From: a virus
Lineage: Duplodnaviria; Caudoviricetes
Direction: 5' to 3' (one strand)
DNA: 34,509 bases
IMG/VR virus record: IMGVR_UViG_3300046786_000155
Span: 1-34,509 of that record
The position numbers and the translations under genes are program-made. Positions 1-8,181 of this stretch are shown here, one piece after another; the first letter of the stretch is position 1, and each line of letters starts with the position of its first letter. The notes under the pieces are model-generated. The model made no database searches. It was not told the origin of the DNA and worked only from the letters and a program-made list of their open reading frames with translations.

Positions 1-1
1 T

Positions 2-526
2 GAACAGGAGGCTTACAAGCTCCGACAAGCTTCATCCGGTCGCAATGGGGCGCAAAAGCGGTGGTCAAAATGGCAAAAGGATGGCGACCCTAATGGCAAC
101 CCTAATGGGGTCGCTATAGCAACCCCAATGGCAACCCCAATGGCCAGAGCATGGCCACAAGATAGCTCTCCTTCTCCTACTCCTACTCCTAATAATACTC
201 TAAATGTAAGCCTTCCTGACCCTGAAGCCGATTCGCTTCGCTCTCGGATAAACAAATGGTTTCGCAGACGCGAAGGTACCGAATGGCAAGCCTCAGAGCT
301 TAAGGCTCTAAAGCTTGTCGTGAAACTCAAGACGCCAGAATCGGACCTGCAACTTCTGGACGCTCGCTACGAGACCAAAAACAAGTATCGCAGGAAGGAC
401 ATTCTGACGCTTCTCAACAACTGGAACACCGAGATTGATCGGTGCAAATCTGGGGACGATGACGCCGAGGAAGAGAGCCAGCCCAAGTCCAAGACCCTCA
501 GCCTCAACATTGAGGATTACCAATGA
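2..526 (+). CDS. Phage replication initiator, variant A (5'-truncated at the window edge)
   Basis: The frame of ORF 128..526 is open from base 2 (EQEAYKLRQASSGRNGAQKRW...). It has internal iteron-like repeats and an SPSPTPTP linker, shares its C-terminal domain with 32317..33042, and overlaps DnaB by ATGA. Confidence 0.75.
   Translation, partial: EQEAYKLRQASSGRNGAQKRWSKWQKDGDPNGNPNGVAIATPMATPMARAWPQDSSPSPTPTPNNTLNVSLPDPEADSLRSRINKWFRRREGTEWQASELKALKLVVKLKTPESDLQLLDARYETKNKYRRKDILTLLNNWNTEIDRCKSGDDDAEEESQPKSKTLSLNIEDYQ
81..145. repeat. 12-bp iteron-like repeats ATGGC(A/G)ACCC(T/C)A, putative origin inside the initiator gene
   Basis: ATGGCGACCCTA 81-92, ATGGCAACCCTA 93-104, inverted copy 105-116, TAGCAACCCCA 117-127, ATGGCAACCCCA 128-139. 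Lambda O-like placement. Confidence 0.7.
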
Positions 527-1818
527 ACGATCCGTTTTACGCTGTGGACGACGAACACGCCGTGATCGGCTGTTGTCTCAACGGTGGGGTTGATACCTGC
601 TCCGATGCGTTCGCTGAGATCCAGACCTCAGCGTTCCAAACTGAGACTCTGGCGATGACCTACGACGTGCTGAAGTCGCTGGTCGCTGAGTCTAAGCCAA
701 TCGCACTGACCGAAGTCATGCGGGAGTGGAAGCGAGCCTTCGCTTCAACGCCGGTCCCGTTTGAGGTCTGGAACAAAGCGATGGAAGCTTCCCCGTCACC
801 GGCAAGCTATCCGATGTTTGCTAAAGGTGTTCTTGAAGCCGCTCACCGTCGTCAGCTACGGATCGCTGGAGACCGTCTTTTGCGCGAGTCCGCTGTCTCC
901 ACCCTCAGCGTCGATCAAATCGTCTCTAATGCCGAGCAGGGGCTCGCCATTGATGCCTCCAAGGAGACACTGCAACCCGCAAAGTCCGTCGTTGGCCGAT
1001 TCATCGACGCAACCCAAGAGCGATTCCAGCGGAAAGGTCAGTTGTCTGGGATCACTTCTGGACTCTATCGGCTGGACCAAATGACTGACGGGTTCCAGCT
1101 TGGAGAACTGGCGATCCTTGCCGCTCGTCCTTCCATTGGTAAGACCGCAATGGCAATCGCCTTTGCTCAAGCAGCGGCTGTCGTTGGGAAAGTTCCAACG
1201 TTGTTCGTCTCGCTGGAGATGTCAGACGAGTCAATCGTCCGTCGCATGGTCTCCACTATCGGTTCAGTACCGATGGGAGACATACGCACCGGAAACATGA
1301 CGGAAGGTGGCATGAGGGCTATGAGCAACGCTTGCTCACGGATCGCATCCAGTCCGCTCCATTTTGTGTCTGGTTCATCTGTAAGCAACATTGCGGCAAT
1401 CACTGCAACCATTCGTCGAGCGGTTCGGAAATGGGGCGTGAAGCTGGTTCTGATCGACTACCTACAAAAGATCCACGGCTCAAAGTCTGCCGAGAAGCGA
1501 ACCTACGAGATCGCAGAGGTCAGTGGACGACTCAAGAGCATTGCCACCGAGTGTAACGTAGCGGTGGTCTCACTGGCGCAACTCAATAGAGAAAACGAGA
1601 AGGAGAAGGGAAGATCACCCAAACTCACCGATCTTGCCGACTCTGGACAGATAGAGCGTGACGCTGACCTCGTAATGCTTCTCAACCGAGACAGATCAGA
1701 GAAGTGCGGTGAAGCCATCATCGCCATTGCCAAGCAGCGTGACGGTGAATGCGGAGCCGTTAAGCTCTGGTACGACGGACAGTATTGCCGCTTTGGAGAG
1801 ATCGCTCCAGATACCTAA
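523..1818 (+). CDS. dnaB: Replicative DNA helicase, DnaB family, variant A
   Basis: AARPSIGKT Walker A, SLEMS, IDYLQ, LAQLNR, DLADSGQIERDAD, IAKQRDG. Confidence 0.95.
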   Translation: MNDPFYAVDDEHAVIGCCLNGGVDTCSDAFAEIQTSAFQTETLAMTYDVLKSLVAESKPIALTEVMREWKRAFASTPVPFEVWNKAMEASPSPASYPMFAKGVLEAAHRRQLRIAGDRLLRESAVSTLSVDQIVSNAEQGLAIDASKETLQPAKSVVGRFIDATQERFQRKGQLSGITSGLYRLDQMTDGFQLGELAILAARPSIGKTAMAIAFAQAAAVVGKVPTLFVSLEMSDESIVRRMVSTIGSVPMGDIRTGNMTEGGMRAMSNACSRIASSPLHFVSGSSVSNIAAITATIRRAVRKWGVKLVLIDYLQKIHGSKSAEKRTYEIAEVSGRLKSIATECNVAVVSLAQLNRENEKEKGRSPKLTDLADSGQIERDADLVMLLNRDRSEKCGEAIIAIAKQRDGECGAVKLWYDGQYCRFGEIAPDT

Positions 1819-1860
1819 AACCCAACGATGGGTTGACACCATAAACCAAGTCTGTAAACT
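1819..1860 (+). promoter_or_regulatory. Sigma70-like promoter with a palindromic operator overlapping the -35 box
   Basis: AACCCA-ACGA-TGGGTT 1819-1834, TTGACA 1833-1838, 16-nt spacer, TAAACT 1855-1860. The boxes are conserved in the copy at 34335-34376 while the spacer diverges. Confidence 0.7.
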
Positions 1861-1866
1861 GACCCG

Positions 1867-1993
1867 CGACGGTACAAATCCCCCACAAACACCATGCATA
1901 TCGGCAAGATTGACGTTACGAAGATCGACAAGTCGTTTCTGTTCAAAGGCAAGTCTGGAACTTATCTCGACGTTGCGCTTATCCCAAACAAGT
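1867..1993 (+). repeat. 127-bp exact repeat, first copy (circularisation junction)
   Basis: Identical to 34383-34509; the preceding base differs (g1866 vs t34382). Confidence 0.95.
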
Positions 1994-2181
1994 CTGGCCG
2001 CGATCAATACGGTAACGACGGAATGATCGTTCAATCAGTGAGCAAGCAAGCCAGACAAGAGGGCAAGAAAGGTCCTATCCTCGGTAATTATGTTGATATG
2101 GACCAACGACACAGTGAGCCAAAGCAAAAGACAGTTAGTGCTAGAGATCCTATTGGTCCCGAAGATGACATTCCGTTCTGA
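1894..2181 (+). CDS. Small SSB-like protein with acidic C-terminal tail
   Basis: KIDVTKIDK..LFKGKSGTYLD motif common in phage replication modules; ends in EDDIPF. Confidence 0.6.
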   Translation: MHIGKIDVTKIDKSFLFKGKSGTYLDVALIPNKSGRDQYGNDGMIVQSVSKQARQEGKKGPILGNYVDMDQRHSEPKQKTVSARDPIGPEDDIPF

Positions 2182-2203
2182 TATAAGATAACCATTTAAT
2201 ACC

Positions 2204-2410
2204 ATGACTAACACCGAGACGTTCTGGGAAGACCCAGAGACCGACACTCCACGCTGCGATCAAGAACTTCGACGTATTGAGAAACAATATCCAGAGTCGC
2301 TCGTGTTCTTGGTTATGCACTTTGCTCGTAAGATAGAGCGCGAGACCAACGTTCAGCGTCGTCGTATCTATGAGCTTGAGGAAGAACTGGAACGTCTCAC
2401 TGGCTGCTAA
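2204..2410 (+). CDS. Small coiled-coil protein of the 'DTPR' family also seen at 27.6-30.1 kb
   Basis: TDTPRCD...FARKIERE..RRIYELEEE resembles 27639, 28030 and 29934. Confidence 0.65.
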   Translation: MTNTETFWEDPETDTPRCDQELRRIEKQYPESLVFLVMHFARKIERETNVQRRRIYELEEELERLTGC

Positions 2411-2411
2411 T

Positions 2412-2846
2412 ATGGCTTCAAAGCATTATCTATGTAGAAAGGTGCAAGATGGAGAGATCACTAAGGCTGACATCTTAGAGACTCAAGCTCGCATCACGCT
2501 TCTCAATCAAGCTCCGAAGATCGTGACCGATGCGGTCGCTAAGGGCTGGATCTCGTACCCTGCAAACGCTTACATTGAGAAGGAAGAAGACCTGAGCGAA
2601 TGGCTCAAGAAGTACGACTGCGAGCTTGCCTACCAACGACGGCAGGAAGGAATGACGTATCGCGCCATCGCAAAGCTGATGAAGGTTGGCATTGCTCGCA
2701 TCACTCATATCTTACACAGAGGAGAAGAAATTGTGCTACAACGTAAGCTCAAAGAGCTAGACATAAAGCCTATTGATCTGCCAAGCAAAGCGACTGTGCG
2801 TAAGCATACGACAGTAACCAAGAGGACAAAACGTGCAAAATCCTAG
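2412..2846 (+). CDS. HTH protein (sigma70 region-4-like), possible late regulator
   Basis: RRQEGMTYRAIAKLMKVGIARITHILHR; lies just before the packaging module; ATG at 2412. Confidence 0.6.
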   Translation: MASKHYLCRKVQDGEITKADILETQARITLLNQAPKIVTDAVAKGWISYPANAYIEKEEDLSEWLKKYDCELAYQRRQEGMTYRAIAKLMKVGIARITHILHRGEEIVLQRKLKELDIKPIDLPSKATVRKHTTVTKRTKRAKS

Positions 2847-3016
2847 TGTTTTCGTGTGTTTGTATGTCACTAAGCGTAGTGATAATGCGATACCTAATCG
2901 CATCGCCTATTGCAATTACGTTAGAAGGCTCCCGCCTATGTCTAATACGCAGGTGATCGCGCGGGACCGATCTCTCTCCGCGATCAAACCCGCTATTGTA
3001 TTATAAACGCCACTTT

Positions 3017-3229
3017 ATGACAAACGCTGCACAATACGTCATGCTGAATTTTGGGCATCACACTTTGCGTTGGCATCTCGCACAGATCCGCTCAAATCGC
3101 ACAACCTGCGATCTGGTGGCCGCGCATTATGCCCAAGACGACGACAACCCTGCTCGACGCACGATTGCCAAAGGGTTGGCTGACTTGCTCAAAGCGAAAT
3201 CCGAAGATCTTCCCGAAAGTCTGCGATGA
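3017..3229 (+). CDS. Hypothetical protein
   Basis: ATG at 3017; ATGA overlap with TerS. Confidence 0.55.
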   Translation: MTNAAQYVMLNFGHHTLRWHLAQIRSNRTTCDLVAAHYAQDDDNPARRTIAKGLADLLKAKSEDLPESLR

Positions 3230-3843
3230 CACAAAGCGAGTACGTCAAACACTCTGGCCTCACCAAAGGCCGCGTTTCTCAGTTGGTCGCAAAGGGTATG
3301 CCTTTGGACTCAGCCGAAGCCGCCGACGCTTGGCGTGGGTCATCGGCCCAACGTCGAAAAGCGGCTATCGAAGCGAGCCATATTCGATCAGAGCCTCTTG
3401 ATGGACCGTATCGACCACCGGAAGCCGAAGAGAAGGTAGACCGCTCGCAGGTAGCCAACGACACGCCACAAGGGGCGTATGAGCGGCAGAAAGAGATCGA
3501 ACGCGCCGCATATGGCCTAGCAGTTGAAAGCCTCAGAGCGCGATCTCTGGATGCTGGTCGCATGGTCTCGGTGCATTCAACAGCAGCCAAGAACTTGATC
3601 TCAGCCCGTCAAGACGTTCTCGACCTCGCAGAGCGTGAACGGAAGCTGGTGTCTGGCGATTGGGTCAAGAAGGCGATGCTGGACCATGACGGAGCGGTCG
3701 CTCAACTGCTCAAGTCGATGCCAAAGCAGCTTGCCGGTCGCATTGCACCGCATGACCCAGAACACGCTGAAAATGAACTGGAGCGATGGGTGCAAGATGT
3801 ATGCCTCAAAACCCTTCACCAGACGGACCCATGGAAATCTTGA
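3226..3843 (+). CDS. Terminase small subunit (Nu1-like)
   Basis: N-terminal HTH (TQSEYVKHSGLTKGRVSQLVAKGMP), helical LAERERKLVS...MPKQLA region; upstream of GpA-type TerL. Confidence 0.8.
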   Translation: MTQSEYVKHSGLTKGRVSQLVAKGMPLDSAEAADAWRGSSAQRRKAAIEASHIRSEPLDGPYRPPEAEEKVDRSQVANDTPQGAYERQKEIERAAYGLAVESLRARSLDAGRMVSVHSTAAKNLISARQDVLDLAERERKLVSGDWVKKAMLDHDGAVAQLLKSMPKQLAGRIAPHDPEHAENELERWVQDVCLKTLHQTDPWKS

Positions 3844-4325
3844 ACTGCCAGAAGCCGCGAGGGTTGGAGGCTCTTCGCCAAAACAAGATCGCTCTCAAAG
3901 CCATTGAGCGTGACACGGTTCTTCGGTTTTTGCCGATTGCAGACGACAAACCGTCACGCATCGACGGTTTCATCTGGAATCAGAACACCGGCACAATCAC
4001 CGGAATCTATGAGGTCAAATCTCGGACCTACGGACTGGATAAGTTGGAATCGACCTACGGCAATCAATGGATGGTTTCATGGTCTAAGCTCCAAGCTGCA
4101 CTTGATATCACCAAGCATACCAAGTTGCCATTCTGGGGAGTGCTGCACTTGGAGCCTGACGGTCTGGTGCTGATGGTTGAGATCTTCAATGAGTCCGCGA
4201 CATGGGGTTGCGACGTGCAGTTGCGTAACAAGCTATGGAATGGAGTGGAAGAACGTATGGCATTCTTGAGCATGAGTGAGGCTCGAAGGCACCGCATCGT
4301 AGACAATCAAACTGAGCTTTTCTGA
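3831..4325 (+). CDS. PD-(D/E)XK-fold nuclease-like protein
   Basis: RIDGFI...GIYEVKSR pattern; overlaps the TerS end and is coupled to TerL by TGATG. Confidence 0.6.
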   Translation: MEILNCQKPRGLEALRQNKIALKAIERDTVLRFLPIADDKPSRIDGFIWNQNTGTITGIYEVKSRTYGLDKLESTYGNQWMVSWSKLQAALDITKHTKLPFWGVLHLEPDGLVLMVEIFNESATWGCDVQLRNKLWNGVEERMAFLSMSEARRHRIVDNQTELF

Positions 4326-6175
4326 TGCGAGATCTTGAGCGTGAAATCCTAGAGTTCCGTCGTCAGATTTACCGTCCGTCTCCACGGCAAACGGTTGTTG
4401 AGTGGAGCGAGTCAAACCTGACATTGACTCAAAGGCAGACTGAGCATCCCGGCCCATTCTCAACAGCTGTCCGCCCCTATTGCCGCGAGCCGCTGGAGTG
4501 CTGGAAAGATCCGTCAGTGTCTGAGGTCACGTTGTGTTGGGGTTCTCAGACATCCAAGACGACGACGCTCATGGCTGGTCTTGCATGGGCTATCGACACA
4601 GAACCGAGTCCCGCGCTTTGGCTGATGCCAAGTGAAAATCTCGCTCGCAGCTTCAGCAAGTCTCGGTGGCTCCCGATGCTGGAAGACTGTCCCGCGCTGG
4701 TTAAGCGATTCCCTGCGGATAAGGACCAGATGACCAATCTGGAGCAGCAATTCGACCGCTGCACGTTGACCTTTGTGGGGTCAAACTCACCGGCAAATCT
4801 AGCGTCTCGTCCCGTCAGAATCTTGGTCGCTGATGAAGTGGACAAGTTCGCTGAAGCCACCGCCAAAGAAGCCGATGCATTGGACCTCGCAGAACAACGA
4901 CTCAAAGCGTTCTCAAGCTCAAAGGCGTTCTTCACTTCAACTCCAACAACCTCAGAAGGTCGAATCTGGCAGCGATTTTTGAGGGGCGATCAGCGACGGT
5001 ATTACATCCCGTGTCCGCACTGCTCCGAATACATCAAGCTGGAGTGGAGACAAGTCACTTGGGACAACGCCAAAACTGAAGATGGAAGACCAAACTGGCA
5101 GCAGATCCGGTCATCGGCTCATTACGTCTGCCAACTTTGTCAGGGAAAGATAAGCGACAGCCAAAAAGTCGCAGGGTTACGCAACGGAAAATGGATTTCT
5201 GAGAATCAAGCGAGCCTCCCAAGCGTTCGATCTTACCACCTGTCGAGTCTCTATTCACCGGATCGCAAATGCACTTGGGGACATCTAGCCGTCTCGTTCT
5301 TGGAAGCCAAAGCTTCGATGATGGGATTGCAGGGATTCATCAACGGTATGTTGGCTGAACCGTGGGAGAACCAAGAGAGCCAGCAAGAGAGGGTTGAAGT
5401 CGTCTCTGACTCTGGCCTACCAGAAGCCCGAAGGTATCTCACCGCTGACGTTCAAGCCGCTGCTCCGTTCATCTGGTGGGTCTGTCGAGAGTGGAGTAAA
5501 GGCAACTCGCGCTTGGTCGCTGCCGGTCACGCTGACGACTTTGCCGCTCTTCGACGGGTTCAATTGCAATACAACGTGCATGACATGGACGTTGGAGTTG
5601 ATTCTGGCTTTAATACACAAGCCGTTTACGACGCTTGTGGCGGGTTCTCTTTAATAAGCAGCAACCCGATAACCTACCCGTGCGGTCTGCGATACCCACC
5701 GGAGGGAGGACTCCGAAAGCCGATGTTGATTGGATGGCTCCCAATGAAAGGTCGAGAGACTGGAGCAAGATTTACCAGCAAGACCGGAGCAATCCATCCA
5801 TTCGGCATATCGACATCAACCTCAATGCGAACCGATGCGGTCCAACCGCTGCTGGTGTTCGACACTGAGCATATGCGGGAAGTTCTCCAGCGGCTCCGTA
5901 AAGGGTCTGAATCAAACCAATGGACTGTCTGTAGCCTACCAGCACCGCTAGACGCTGAAGGGGCGTTTGCGGCTGATGCTGACACATACTGGAAGCATTT
6001 GGATTCCCACATTCTAAAGCCAACGGCTAACAGAGCGGGTCGAATCAAACATCTTTGGTTCAAGCGAAACACTCGCTGGCCCGACCACCTGCACGACTGC
6101 GAGTTGATGCAATTGGCAATGGTGATGTTGTGGAACGATCTGGCGTCCAGCACCGCAGATATTTCTGGTGGTTGA
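4325..6175 (+). CDS. Terminase large subunit, lambda GpA family
   Basis: RPYCREPLE adenine motif, GSQTSKTT Walker A, ILVADEVD Walker B, TSTPT, CPHC...CQLC, LTADVQ and DHLHDC nuclease motifs. Confidence 0.93.
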   Translation: MRDLEREILEFRRQIYRPSPRQTVVEWSESNLTLTQRQTEHPGPFSTAVRPYCREPLECWKDPSVSEVTLCWGSQTSKTTTLMAGLAWAIDTEPSPALWLMPSENLARSFSKSRWLPMLEDCPALVKRFPADKDQMTNLEQQFDRCTLTFVGSNSPANLASRPVRILVADEVDKFAEATAKEADALDLAEQRLKAFSSSKAFFTSTPTTSEGRIWQRFLRGDQRRYYIPCPHCSEYIKLEWRQVTWDNAKTEDGRPNWQQIRSSAHYVCQLCQGKISDSQKVAGLRNGKWISENQASLPSVRSYHLSSLYSPDRKCTWGHLAVSFLEAKASMMGLQGFINGMLAEPWENQESQQERVEVVSDSGLPEARRYLTADVQAAAPFIWWVCREWSKGNSRLVAAGHADDFAALRRVQLQYNVHDMDVGVDSGFNTQAVYDACGGFSLISSNPITYPCGLRYPPEGGLRKPMLIGWLPMKGRETGARFTSKTGAIHPFGISTSTSMRTDAVQPLLVFDTEHMREVLQRLRKGSESNQWTVCSLPAPLDAEGAFAADADTYWKHLDSHILKPTANRAGRIKHLWFKRNTRWPDHLHDCELMQLAMVMLWNDLASSTADISGG

Positions 6176-6199
6176 CAGACTCGCGTCTCTGTGGATAGT
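6172..6199 (+). promoter_or_regulatory. Possible promoter for head genes
   Basis: TTGACA 6172-6177, 16-nt spacer, GATAGT 6194-6199; GTG start follows at 6208. Confidence 0.35.
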
Positions 6200-6207
6200 C
6201 CGCGCAA

Positions 6208-6609
6208 GTGTTCACTTACACAGTAGCGACAAAGCGAGCTTACTTGCGTACCACCTACGCGAGCAGAGGCTCTTTGACGCTGCTGGAAGCGTTGAGTGCT
6301 AAGTTGACGGTCTCTGCTAACTCGCAAGAGTCCGGTCAGATTGTCAGACAGACCTCTAGCAGTGACGTTTCTGTTGAGTTCGCTGAACCCGGAAAAGGTA
6401 CTGCGGCTCCGATTGAGATGCTGGAAATGTGGGAATCTCTGTTGGGGGATTACGATTACGCTGTCACTTTGCTTGCTGGTGATGGGATCACTGCTCCGAC
6501 TGATCTCCAGATCTATAACAAGATGCTTGGTGCTATCTTGATTGCGACCACTCGTTACTACGGAGATTTCACACAGTTCCGCAGAGAGCCAACCGTCAGG
6601 ATGTCTTAA
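6208..6609 (+). CDS. Head-completion protein (gpW position)
   Basis: Small gene between TerL and portal; positional call only. Confidence 0.5.
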   Translation: MFTYTVATKRAYLRTTYASRGSLTLLEALSAKLTVSANSQESGQIVRQTSSSDVSVEFAEPGKGTAAPIEMLEMWESLLGDYDYAVTLLAGDGITAPTDLQIYNKMLGAILIATTRYYGDFTQFRREPTVRMS

Positions 6610-8181
6610 ATGGGAATCCTAGCCACCATCCGAGAAAAGCTCTTTCCTGCTCCTGCTAACAAGTATGAGGGGGCGGGTCAGTCGTTGCGTCGTTCGTATC
6701 TGGACACGTCTTATACATCTGCTCGTTTTGACGTTACCAGTTCGACCCGACAAGCCATTGTCCGTAAGTCGCGTTTCTTTGAACAGAACAACGCGATAAT
6801 GAACAGATTGGGAGATCTGTTTGAGTCTTACACCGTTGGCTCTTCATTCTCTGTTCAACCCGCTTCTAGCGATCCCGCTTGGAATCTTAAGGCTAAGAAG
6901 TGGTTTGATATCTGGTGCCGATATCCCGACATCGGAAGCCGTCAGTCGTTTTCGACGCTCATGGGTCAAGCTGCCCGTGGGTGGTTTTACGATGGGGAAA
7001 GCTTCATTCTCCTGACCCGTGGAGAGAGCGGAAAGCCGCGACTCCAGCTTATTGAGGCTCAATCCATCGCAACTCCGGTTGGTATGGAGTCTGACCTTAC
7101 CGTGTTTGACGGTATCCGGTTTGACCCAAAGACGGGACGTGCTGTTGCTTATTTCATCGGTTCCGAGAAAACCCAAGGAAACCTCGTCGATGTTCGCTCC
7201 ATTCCTGCGGATTCGGTCGTTCACATTTACGAACCTAACCGGCCAGCCCAACTTCGCGGTCTCCCATTTGTCTCTGCGGTCATCAATGACTTGCACGACC
7301 TCGACGACCTCCAGAAGCTCGAAATGGAAGCCTGTAAGCTCGGTGCTTCCGTTGCTCAGATCGTCAAGACCGTAAGCGGTGAGATCCAAGCTTCTAGTCT
7401 CCGCGCTGGAATTGGAGCGAATGTCACTCCTAACACTGCCGAGACGTATTACGAGCAAGTGTTCGGTTCTTCAGTTAAAGTTCTTAAGAACGGCGACACT
7501 TTCGAGCAGTTCGCCACCGAGCGTCCCGGTGTCAATATGCGTGAGTACTGGCGGCAACTGACAGAAAAGGTCTGTGCTGGTGTTGGTATTCCTTACGTTC
7601 TTGTTTATCCAGAGTCCATGCAGGGGACTGTCTATCGCGGAGCGTTAGATATGTCCGCTGTCTGGTTCCGTTCGCGTCATCAAGTGATGGCTTCTGCTGC
7701 TCGTCGTATTTACGAGTACGTCATGGAGTACGCGATCAAGAGCGATCCGACTCTTAATGACGCTCCGTCCGACTGGTACGAAGTCTCCATCACTGCTCCT
7801 CGCTCGCCCAATGTTGATGTTGGCCGTAACTCGGCGGCTCAACTTGCAGAGCTTGAAGCCGGTGTTGTCACTTACGATGAAGTCTACGGTGCGCGGGGTC
7901 TTGATTGGCGATCTGCTCTTGAGGCTAAGGCCCAACAAGCTTTGTTTGTGCGTCAACTCGCTGATAAATACGGTGTTGATGTCTCTGAGATTTCGGTGAT
8001 TCAGAAAGAACGTCCTGCGGCTAGTGCTGCACCTGCTATTGACACTGAAGACAATTCTTCTGAATCTCCGTCGCCAGTTGCTCCGTCTGAAGGTGGATCA
8101 CAGCCGCTTGTAGTAGAACAAAGCGAAGTGACCGCTTCAGTCAAAAAGCAACGCAAGCCGCGAGCCAAGAAAACCGAATGA
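6610..8181 (+). CDS. Portal protein, lambda family
   Basis: YEGA, RKSRFFEQNN, DGESF, LQLIEA, GIRFD..GR.VAY, VVHIY...RPAQLRGLP. Confidence 0.92.
   Translation: MGILATIREKLFPAPANKYEGAGQSLRRSYLDTSYTSARFDVTSSTRQAIVRKSRFFEQNNAIMNRLGDLFESYTVGSSFSVQPASSDPAWNLKAKKWFDIWCRYPDIGSRQSFSTLMGQAARGWFYDGESFILLTRGESGKPRLQLIEAQSIATPVGMESDLTVFDGIRFDPKTGRAVAYFIGSEKTQGNLVDVRSIPADSVVHIYEPNRPAQLRGLPFVSAVINDLHDLDDLQKLEMEACKLGASVAQIVKTVSGEIQASSLRAGIGANVTPNTAETYYEQVFGSSVKVLKNGDTFEQFATERPGVNMREYWRQLTEKVCAGVGIPYVLVYPESMQGTVYRGALDMSAVWFRSRHQVMASAARRIYEYVMEYAIKSDPTLNDAPSDWYEVSITAPRSPNVDVGRNSAAQLAELEAGVVTYDEVYGARGLDWRSALEAKAQQALFVRQLADKYGVDVSEISVIQKERPAASAAPAIDTEDNSSESPSPVAPSEGGSQPLVVEQSEVTASVKKQRKPRAKKTE

Noticed and set aside
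1-1993. Biological direct terminal repeat
   Set aside because: The exact match is only 127 nt and internal at the left end, and the flanking copies are far too diverged for terminal redundancy.
2833-3006. 57-codon GTG ORF across the putative cos region
   Set aside because: No motif, atypical composition, and it overlaps a likely cis-acting region.
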